Assembly: GCA_002269645.1 (NCBI GenBank)
Contig: NIVC01002935.1
Location: forward strand, 1 to 64,000
Direction: 5' to 3'
Length of the DNA stretch: 64,000 nt
From: Macrostomum lignano
Taxonomy: Eukaryota
How positions within the stretch are numbered: position 1 is the first letter of the stretch; each line of letters opens with the position of its first letter. The notes below the pieces were generated by a model. The model was not told where the DNA came from, did not search any database, and saw nothing but the letters and a program-made list of their open reading frames with translations. Below are positions 35,560 through 45,371 of the stretch, piece after piece. A program made the translations under genes and the position numbers.

Positions 35560-37420
35560 AGAATATCTCATGTGACAAAATTCTGGAAGTCAGACTTGAG
35601 ATGCTACCAATCATGGCAGAGACAATTAGAACTGCGACACAGAAAGACACAGAACTTCAAAAAGTCATTCACTATTGCCAAAATGGCTGGCTAGAAACAA
35701 GTGAGCCAGGCTTAGAACAGTATTTTTGTAAAAGAAATGAGCTTTGTATTGAGCAAGGAGTGATTTTCTAGGGACTGCGTATTGTTATTCCAGGGAGTAT
35801 GCAACAAATAGTCCTGGAGTTGCTTCATGATGGACACCCTAGAATAGTTACTATGAAGTTTATTGCTAGGCTGCATGTTTGGTTCCTTGGAATCAATAGT
35901 GCCATCAAAGACCTAGTCCAAAGCTGTAAAGGTTTCTAGTTGCAAAGAAATTTACCTGCATAGGCACCTGTACAACCTTGTTTGGCCAGAGAAGCCATGG
36001 ACAAGAATCTAGCTGGATTACATGGGACCTTTGCCACACCACAACGAACTCCTGGACAGTTGCCGACTGCGCCTGGCAGCTCAACCTCCTGGCTAGTAGC
36101 AATACTGTCAGGTTGAAGTGGATCCCGGGGCATGCAAGCTTTCCGGGGAACGAGCTGGCAGATACCCTCGCCAAGAGGGGTGGCTCTGGCTCTTTCTTCG
36201 GCCCTGCCCCCCTGGTCCCTATGCCCTTGACAGTCATCAATTGTTAGATCGACGACTGGGCTGACTCCCTCCATAGGGATAGATGGGCGGGCACTCAAAA
36301 CTGCTGGCAATCTCGTGTCACGGTTCCTTGCCCGTCTTGCAGGCTTAGAAACATCTTTTTGAACCAGAATTGGAGCCCTTGTCATGACCCTTACTGGCCA
36401 TGGCTACCTCACCAGGCACTGCTTTCTCCAAGGTGACCTTGAGAGCAAACTTTGCCCCTTTTGTAAGTACGACAATGAAGATGCTCAGCACTTTGTTTGT
36501 CACTGCCCTTTCTTCAACAGAGACTGGCTACACTACCTACGCCAAACCCATCTATTGATGAGGTCTGCCAGCCCAACAGCATCCCTCGGCTCATCTAGTT
36601 CTTTCGGGCGACTAGACGAGCCAGTTTCTTCCCAATGGAAGATCACGCTGCAGGACAGACTGGTGGACCACCCTGACCGGCCCCACGCCTCTGCCTGTCT
36701 GTGGGCCTTCAGGGGCTAGCGGAATGGACGACCTTTGCCTCTCCGCTGTGTCTACGGACCACCCTGCAGCTAAGTCAAGTAAGTCATAGGACCATTTCGC
36801 TAACAGATTTCTGGCTTATCATTGTTGATGCAACTAGGGCCTAGCAAATAGGTCAAGATTTTTCCTATGAAACATGCGACTACAAGTAAGACAATTGAGT
36901 GCCTACAAAATACTTTCACAAGGTTCGGAATTCTTCAGCAAGTCTTGACTTAAGTGACAATGGCAGTCAGTTTTACTCATTGTGCATTTTTGAAGCAAAA
37001 TAATATTTGTCAGATTTTAATGGCTGCTAGATATCTGCATACTAATGGACTTAGCGAGAGGATGGTCCAGGCTCCAGACTGCGAAGTCTGCTATTAAAGC
37101 TAGAATCAAAATGGATGGAGACCCAATACTGAGTATGCAGAACTTCTTGTTCAAATACAGAAGTACACCTCACTCTATAACTGGTAGGATGCCAGGTGAA
37201 ATGATGCTATGCTACAAGCACCGGACTCAATTAGAGTTTCTTAGGCTGGACACCTATTCAAAAGTACTGGATATGCCCTAAGCAGACTAGTGTGACCGAA
37301 TGACAAAGCCATAGAGGAGCATTGCTGAGAAAGTTCCAGAAGGGAGAAAAAGTTCTGATGCTAGATTTCAGAAGGGAGAAAAAGAATAGATGGATTCCTG
37401 CCGAGGTGGTCATCCACTAG
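35560..37420 (+). mobile_element. Gypsy LTR-retrotransposon integrase remnant
   Basis: LRIVIPGSMQQIVLELLHDGHP (H2C2 region), WPEKPWTRI*LDYMGP, IIVDA, FTRFG..SDNGSQF, AERMVQ, FLFKYRSTPHSITG; many stops. Confidence 0.88.
36030..36785 (+). mobile_element. 5'-truncated RNase H-bearing non-LTR retrotransposon (I/R1/Loa-like) inserted in the Gypsy integrase
   Basis: VRLKWIPGHASFPGNELADTLAKRG (RNase H), LTGHGYL..H...CPFC...EDAQHFVCHCP (CCHC), AAGTC-repeat tail; TSD-like CATGGGACC (36021) / CATAGGACC (36785). Confidence 0.85.
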
Positions 37421-38413
37421 GCGGCTAGGCCTTACAGTCTAGGCCTAATAAAGTCACTATTTTTTGAAAAATAATTAGGCCTTAAATGTGCAAAACTAGA
37501 CTCTAGTCTAGAGGATTGCGCTAATAGGCTTTGGCAAAAATCTCTAGAAATGAAAACTTGATTATAAAAAATATGCATTAGTCATGACTCATTAGGCCTT
37601 CCAAGAACTATATAGCAAAGCTGCAAAGCCATAGACCCTAGCCATTGATTGATTTAGTATTGATTTCTAGTCAGTGGTCACCATACCAATGGCCTGGCCA
37701 ATTTTACAACTGTAAACTGTATAAAGTTTTGGTCGATGCTCAGGGCAGAAAATACGTGAATGGGGCGCACATTCTACGCACGGTAACGGTAAAAACTATA
37801 ATAAAAAATCTCCGCATAAAATTATATAATTATACATAAAAATTAAAAATCTCGATGATTTTAAACGATTTTTTAAATAAAAACAAAATACTGTAGAACG
37901 TACGGCATGAGCACCAATTTTTAGAATAAAACCTTAAACGATTTATCTAATTCAACATTCTAGACTTATTTAACAACTTATAAGGACCTGCGTTATTCCT
38001 GTTGCTTGATGCAGTGGAATGTTTTAAAGCAAAAAAACTAAACCTTTTTCCAATACTGCTGCTCTGGTATTCAATTCACAATATTATGTGACCAGTTATT
38101 GTTCATCGCGTGAGACAAATTAGCCACTTGCAGTTTTACAGCTCGCGAACTTACGAAAACTAATATTGTACATTTTATGTTACCTTTTATAGGCTTTAAT
38201 CAGTCGACATTAAAATTTAGTCCAGCATACTGTATATATATTATATATATGCTGAGCTGCACAGAAAACATCTATTCTTCGTTTTTTAACAGTTAATAGT
38301 TCGTAATAACGTTTGTATCTATCACGATTGACTCAATTACTCAATTTACTTAATTAGTTTGGATGTGTATTCCTATACATGCCTACTTTGACTATTGACA
38401 GGGGTTCACAAAA

Positions 38414-38810
38414 CGAAGAGCTTGCGTGCACGGCAGCCGTTCACGTAAGCTCAGAATTGCGTGCACGGCGGCTATCTACCTAGTGCTTTATTTGCATGTA
38501 TGCAGCCGTACACCTAGTGTTGTAATTGCGTGCACGGCAGCCGGCAATTGGCCGGGACTGGGGTCCTTAAATCCACGCATTGGCATTGGCAAACCTAATT
38601 AAAAAATATTTTTACTATATTGTTTTATAATGTTTTATCCCTCGTACACCATGGACTGCAAATGTAATCTTAATTCATTGTTTTTTTGTTAACTTGAATA
38701 TTAATTCAAATAGTATATGACTTACTGTATAATAAGCCTATAAGATATAGCTCTGCCGTGCACGCAATTCTGAGCTTACGTGAACGGCGGCCGTGCACGC
38801 AAGCTCTTCG
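38414..38810. mobile_element. 397-bp MITE with ~57-bp TIRs and 9-bp TSD (Mutator-like)
   Basis: CGAAGAGCTTGCGTGCACGG...CCGTGCACGCAAGCTCTTCG, flanked by TTCACAAAA at 38405-38413 and 38811-38819. Confidence 0.8.
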
Positions 38811-39417
38811 TTCACAAAATGCTATGTTTTTTTGTAAAAAAAGTAAAATGAGCTATTGAATTGATGTTGATGCATGCCATAAAATATATTTCTATTACAA
38901 ACATGTATGATACTGTTCAACTGTAATTTGAGATGAACTATAAGTAAATTTGACAAATTTATTGCAAACTATTTTATGAAGACCAGCTTGACCAAGGGGA
39001 TTTTTGCATAAATTAAACAGTTGAATCAATTATCAAACTTTTGCATTGACTGCATGATTTTTTAAGAAATTTTGCTGAATCTGGACTATAGATATGAATG
39101 TAATAGTTGCTTAATGGTTGTTTAACTTTCCGCCATTTAAACCCTTTCTACAGATACAACAACAATATTTGTCTGAGGTTGAAATATTCAGGGATTAAAA
39201 TGTATTATTTATAACTTAATTTTGGGGAAAAACTATTATAAGTTAAGTTGAATTCGAACTTTATTCAAATGCACAATTGTTACTTTCTCTATAATTTCAC
39301 CTTATATTATTCTTGCTATTAGAAAAAGAGTGAAAGTTTTCACTTTATTTTATTTTAAATTAATGCTAACTGTGACCTTCAGCTAAACAAGCAGAAGTAC
39401 TACAGCACCCGGCAACT

Positions 39418-41968
39418 ATGAGCATCCCAGAGTACAGCGATAGCGCGGACCTGCAGTCCTGCTCCACCTGCGGCCGGACCTTCCGTCCCGACGTGCTGAT
39501 GAAGCACTCGTCAATCTGCAAGAAAGCGGCTCAGAAAAAGCGCCGCGTGTTCGAATCCGGCAAGCAGCGGGCCACCGGCTCGGACGTGCCGATCACCAAG
39601 ATCATCAAAGTTAACCAGCCGCCCCCGCGCGATCCTGCCAAAGTTCAGGTAAAACTGCAGGGCACTCGATTTGATGCAGGGGGTCCTCAGGGAGCCAAAA
39701 ACTTCGCCCTACAACTTGCGGACTAAACAGAATTGGTGACACCCTGACGCTACGCATTGGGCAAAATCGTCTCACAGCCAATACTGAGGCAATTCTGCCC
39801 ATTGCGCTGACTCCTGAGCGCAAACCAGCGCGCCGATGCCGATGCAGGCACGCGCTCACACGGGGTGTACAGCGGCTCTGGCTTTCTAATCGTTAGGCAT
39901 GTACACTCTGTGTGCCTTGAGGGTTTAACCTTCACGGCTGTGAATCGCACGAACAACCCGCAGGCCGCGGCTGAACGGAAGCACAACTGGCGCCAACGAC
40001 ACGAGGACTTCATCCGGAACATCCGGGCCGCCAAGCAGTACCAGCACGCGGCCGAGACCGGCGGCCCCCTGCCGCCGCCGCCGCCGCCCACCATCGACCC
40101 GTCGCTGATCCTCTGCAACTACTGCGGCCGCCGGTTCAACGAGAAAGCCGCCGATAGGCACATCCCGTTCTGTCGGGAGAAAAATGCTCGCATCAGCGGG
40201 CCGGGCGGCGGCAGCGGAGGCGGTGCAGCAGGTCGCGGCGGCGGCGGAGGCGGCGCAGCAGCTCGCGGCGGCAGCATGGCAACCAAGACAAACCAGTACA
40301 ACACAAGTGACGCCCACCAGAAGATGGCCATCAGGACGCAGTACCAGCCGCCCAAGCCGAAAGTGGCCGCCGGAGCTTCGACGGGCGCCGGCGGCGGGCG
40401 AGTGCCGAGCGGCGGTGCCCCGCTGCGAACAGGCAAAACTGTGAAGGTGGGGGGGCCTCCTTTGCTGCCAATCGCTGTTCTTGTTGGCTTTTGCTACGGG
40501 TTTTGCATTAGCTGGGTGCCATAAACTACAGGTGCTGCATTAGCTGGGTGCCATAAACTACAGGTGCTGCATTAGCTGGGTGCCATAAACTACAGGTGCT
40601 ATAGTAACTGGGTGCCATAAACTACAGGTGCTACACTAACTGGGTGCCAAAACTACAGGTGCTACAGTAACTGGGTGCCATAAACTACAGGTGCTACAGT
40701 AACTGGGTGCCATAAACTACAGGTGCTACAGTAACTGGGTGCCATAAACTACAGGTGCTACAGTAACTGGGTGCCATAAACTACAGGTGCTACAGTAATT
40801 AAGTGCCATAAAATACAGGTGCTACAGTAATTAAGTGCCATAAAATACAGGTGCTACAGTAATTAAGTGCCATAAACTACAAGTGCTACAGAAACTGGGT
40901 GCCATAAACTACAGGTGCTACAGTAATTAAGTGCCATAAACTACAGGTGCTACAGTAATTAAGTGCCATAAACTACAGGTGCTACAGTAATTAAGTGTCA
41001 TAAACTACAGGTGCTACAGTAATTAAGTGCCATAAACTACAGGTGCTACAGTAATTAAGTGTCATAAACTACAGGTGCTACAGTAATTAAGTGCCATAAA
41101 CTACAGGTGCTACAGTAATTAAGTGCCATAAACTACAGGTGCTACAGTAATTAAGTGCCATAAACTACAGGTGCTACAGTAATTAAGTGTCATAAACTAC
41201 AGGTGCTACAGTAATTAAGTGCCATAAACTACAGATGCTACAGTAACTGGGTGGCATAAACTACAGGTGCTACAGTAATTAAGTGTCATAAACTACAGGT
41301 GCTACAGTAATTAAGTGTCATAAACTACAGGTGCTACAGTAATTAAGTGCCATAAACTACATATGCTACAGTAATTAAGTGCCATAAACTACAGGTGCTA
41401 CAGTAACTGGGTGGCATAAACTACAGGTGCTACAGTAACTGGGTGCCATAGACTACAGGTGCTACAGTAACTGGGTGCTATAAACTACAGGTGCTACAGT
41501 AACTTGGTGCCATAAACTACAGGTGCTACAGTAACTGGGTGCCATAAACTACATGTGCAGCAGACCGCCCCATCCCCGAATCGCCAGGACTACATGGACG
41601 CCAGGGAGTTGGCGGCGGAGAGCCGCGGCAACTCCGGCAACGCAGGCGGCCGCAGCTCGGGCGGCCCGGCCAGATACGGCGGAGGCGGCGGCGGTGGCGC
41701 CGGAGGCGCTGCGCGCTACGGGGGTGCCGGCGCCGCAGCCACCGGGCCAGCGCGCTACGGCTATGGCGGCGGCGGTGGTGGAGGCGGCGGCGGCGCCCCA
41801 TCGAACGGCAGCGCCGGCTACGGCAGGGCGCCAGCGGCAGCCCGCGGTGGCAGCGGCGGTGGCAACGGTGGGATGTCGAACTTCTGTCACGAGTGTGGCA
41901 ACAAGTTCCCGACTGGCACCGCCAAGTTCTGCGTGCAGTGCGGCTGCAAGCGGGTGACAATCAGCTGA
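39418..41968 (+). CDS. ZC2HC1A: Zinc finger C2HC domain-containing protein 1A-like (3 exons)
   Basis: join(39418..39648,39964..40446,41561..41968), all phase 0. CSTCGRTF..LMKHSSIC, NWRQRHEDFI..IRAAK, CNYCGRRFNEKAADRHIPFC, C-terminal NFCHECGNKF...KFCVQCG. Confidence 0.9.
40510..41555. repeat. Intronic 32-bp repeat with two CTACAG motifs per unit
   Basis: ATAAACTACAGGTGCTACAGTAA(CTGG/TTAA)GTGCC, ~32 copies, running into the real acceptor. Confidence 0.95.
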
Positions 41969-42022
41969 GCGATTCGAACCCGGGACTGCCGTAGATGGAA
42001 GGCTAGACTCAATTTATCAGGT
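41968..42022 (-). other. tRNA-Gly(TCC)-like fragment or SINE head
   Basis: Minus strand GAGTCTAGCCTTCCATCTACGGCAGTCCCGGGTTCGAATC contains a TCC anticodon loop and a B box, but no acceptor stem. Confidence 0.35.
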
Positions 42023-42269
42023 GTTGTTTTAGAATTTTGTTACCTGTCCAAATCTTTAAAAAATTGTGAGCGCGTTTTCTGAAAGACTATTCAAAATTTT
42101 ACTTGAGAATAACGAACTCTTGCAAGCTTTTTGGTTGCCAAGACTTACTTGAATGGTGTAGGGTTTCTTGCAAAATTTTAGGAGGCAACATTTACCGGAA
42201 ATAATAATAGTAGTGTAACCCTTAACATTAATGTATTACCTTCTAATGTAGGTTTCACCAAAAAGTAAA

Positions 42270-42460
42270 ATCCTAATTTTCTAAACTAAAAGCTTGATGA
42301 ATATCAATAGAGCTATAAGATAAGAACATATCAAAAGATGAAGATTGAGTCTGTCTCATGTCAAAATCAATAACAATATTTGTGCTGAAAAAATGAAAAC
42401 TTACTATCTCCATAATGTATATTTCCGGTAAAACCAGCTTCCTCAAATTTTCAAAGACAT
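42270..42460 (+). mobile_element. Diverged fragment of the P-like element right TIR
   Basis: CCTAATTTTCT...AACATATCAAAAGATGAA...TGTGCTGAAAAAATGAAAACTT matches 19135-19300. Confidence 0.65.
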
Positions 42461-42614
42461 TTGCAATCTGTGGGTTGACCATTTTTTGTTTGAAAAAAAA
42501 AACTAAAATTTTGTTATAATTCATAACTATTTTCTCCCAATGGGTCAGTAGTATGGTTAGTAAAATGCTTCTATTTTGTCATAATTTGAAAGTTTATTGT
42601 TCTGCCAATAAAAT

Positions 42615-42680
42615 ATTTCCATAGCAACGGAAATGTCTACCTTGGATACAGGAGCACCCCTCGTTACTATGCGGTTGCTA
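42615..42680. promoter_or_regulatory. Cluster of RFX X-box-like motifs
   Basis: ATTTCCATAGCAAC (42615-42628, one mismatch to GTHNYYATRRNAAC), GTCTACCTTGGATAC, GTTACTATG, GTTGCTATG. Confidence 0.35.
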
Positions 42681-43438
42681 TGCCCATATTAAAATGCACG
42701 TACGCGAGCAATTCTATTTTTCCTGTTCTTGTCACAAATTCTGCAACTCTTTGGCTAATTGTTTTGTCTGCCGCTTGCTTGGCCTGTCCGTCTTATCACA
42801 TACTCTTCCTCCAGCGGTTCTTGCTACTTTAGTAAGTAGCCTCAATCGATTGTGTGAATGTTTTTTTACTTTCAGCTAGTAAACAAACTCCGTCCTGATG
42901 TGTCCGAATTTGGCACGCCGTGTCTTTTGACACTTTTCGATTCCTGATCTTGGAGACGGCACCGCTTCGATGCTTTCTTTTACAATCCGAGTTTGTCTGT
43001 CGGGCCAAAAACTGTCCTAATGTTAACCCAGTAGAATTTTCTTGCTAAAAAACACATTCCGCTTGCTATTTTCGCTTTTATACGTCTATTAGTAGAGTGT
43101 CGCGTTAAGGCTTCAATAATTTTAATTAATTCAACAATAATTTTCCTCTGTCTGCAAAGATTTCATTCTAACTCTTACAAATGCTTTAGAATTAGAAATC
43201 TGTTTCCACTAGCTTGTGTTATTACTTGTTTGTTTACTTTTTCTTCAAGTTTAGCTTCTTTTTATTGAGCTATAAATATTTGTGAAACCGTTGCAACCGT
43301 ATTTCTGTATAAATTCAATTGACCATAGTCTCAAGTTTGAGTCCCCATCATAAGCCTAAAACTATTAAAATCTTTACCAACAACAGCAGCAGCAAAGTGC
43401 AATTCAGCGGCTGCTCTGACAAGACGTACTTTTGTCGA

Positions 43439-43609
43439 TGACGTCATCTTTTATCAGTGACGTCAGGATCATTGAAATCCGTATAACTAAATACTTGACT
43501 GTCAATTTGAGTTATTTTTACTCTGTTCGTGTGATAGCGAGTCTTTTCATCTTTTTTCAATAATGACGTCATCTTTAAGCTATGACGTCATCTCTAAGCT
43601 ATGACGTCA
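43439..43609. promoter_or_regulatory. Five perfect TGACGTCA (CRE) palindromes in 171 bp
   Basis: At 43439, 43458, 43564, 43583 and 43602. Confidence 0.4.
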
Positions 43610-44777
43610 TGTTTGTTGATCAAGACCCTTCGATTTAAAAGCTTTCCGTTATCAAATCCCACCATGAGTTTTTCTTTTAATATTGGCACTAAAAATACCA
43701 AATACTAAGAATTGCCTCAAAGTTTAATCTGCAACTATTATAACAAAATGATTTTTAACGCAGATAAATACAAAAAATCTGTTCAAACGTGTAATTTTAT
43801 TTATTGATTTCTTCTTTTCGCTTTTTTTTATCAAACTTTTGAACCTTTGTCAATTTGTTTCTTTCTTAGCCTTAGAGCCCGCTAAAGCCGTGAAGGCGCA
43901 CCTTCCAGACTCTTTCTTAGAAGTCCTTTGGTGATCATAGTTATAGCGAAAAAGCTCTTTTTTGTTCCTTTCAATTCTCTTCGGTAAAAAAGGTACAATT
44001 GATTTTTTTAAAACAGCCAACCATCCCTGCAGATCAGCTTTCCATATCTGACATCCGCGATCGGTCCTTCCAGATTCCAGCAATGCGGGACATTTATCCT
44101 CCGCGGGGCACAGGCCGAGTCGCTATTGCTGTTTGGTTTCGATCTGATGCAGCTGCCCAGATGGATGCTTGATTGCCAGAATCCCGGGGCGGGCTTTGTG
44201 TTCCGCGGCGTCTGCATTCCTTTTTTGTTTTAATTTTAACTTCTCAACGAAGAGTAGGAATCAAATTTTGGCATTCTGGCAGGCAGTCCATTGTTTGAAG
44301 GTTATGACTTGTCAGACACTGCATTGTGTTTTGCCTCCTTTGGTTCTTGGCTGTTTGGTTTTGATAAATTTTAATTTCGGATCCGGAAAGTGTCTACTCA
44401 GTCTCTCGTTCAGATTTCACACGCTGGCAGTTGGTCGGACAGCGGCTAAAATTCCTTTTTGAAAGTCACAGCTCTCACTCAGCAAGCATTCGATTCTGTA
44501 ATAAATCCCTTGATAAATCATTACTTTTTCTGATTAAAAAGAAATATTCTCTGAGTGAACTTCCGGGCTCAGCATTCGCTAATTAGTGGAGTAAAAGAAT
44601 CAGCGCCTTTTTCGTTTCTTTCCGCTCCGCCAAGCCTTCAATTTCTAGCCCTAGGAGTTTTCTTATTCGTTGCCTAATTAAAAGGACGAGTTTTAATCTC
44701 CTTTTTTACTGTGTACGAGCGTGTTTAGAATTGAATTAGACGACTGGAACTGTTGCTTACACTCACTCGCATTGGAC

Positions 44778-45320
44778 AGCCACCCCTCCGCACAGCCACT
44801 TCAATCAGACCCCGCTACCCCACTCCGCACAGCCACTCCAATCAGACCCCGCCACCCCACTCCGCACAGCCACTCCAATCAGACCCCGACACCCCACTCC
44901 GCACAGCCACTCCAATCAGACCCCGCCACCCCACTCCACACAGCCACTCCAATCAGACCCCGCCACCCCACTCCGCACAGCCACTCCAATCAGACCCCGC
45001 CACCCCACTCCGCACAGCCACTCCAATCAGACCCCGCTACCCCACTCCGCACAGCCACTCCAATCAGACCCCGCTACCCCATTCCGCACAGCCACTCCAA
45101 TCAGACCCCGCCACCCCACTCCGCACAGCCACTCCAATCAGACCCCGCCACCCCACTCCGCACAGCCACTCCAATCAGACCCCGCCACCCCACTCCGCAC
45201 AGCCACTCCAATCAGACCCCGCCACCCCACTCCGCACAGCCACTCCCATCAGACCCCGCCACCCCACTCCGCACAGCCACTCCAATCAGACCCCGCCACC
45301 CCACTCCGCACAGCCACCCC
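44778..45320. repeat. 37-bp tandem repeat containing CCAAT and GC boxes
   Basis: CAGCCACTCCAATCAGACCCCGCCACCCCACTCCGCA, ~15 copies, ending ~50 nt before ATG 45372. Confidence 0.95.
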
Positions 45321-45371
45321 ACTCTTAGTTATATCACGCAGACCCCGACATCCAATCACCGCATTGCTGCC

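Noticed and set aside
42700-43330. Possible RTE/CR1 LINE 3' remnant on the minus strand (KFGHIRTE, RPSKRQ)
   Set aside because: Too degenerate to call without an HMM search.
43850-44460. Short ORFs on both strands
   Set aside because: No domain signature and no consistent splice sites; probably TE debris.
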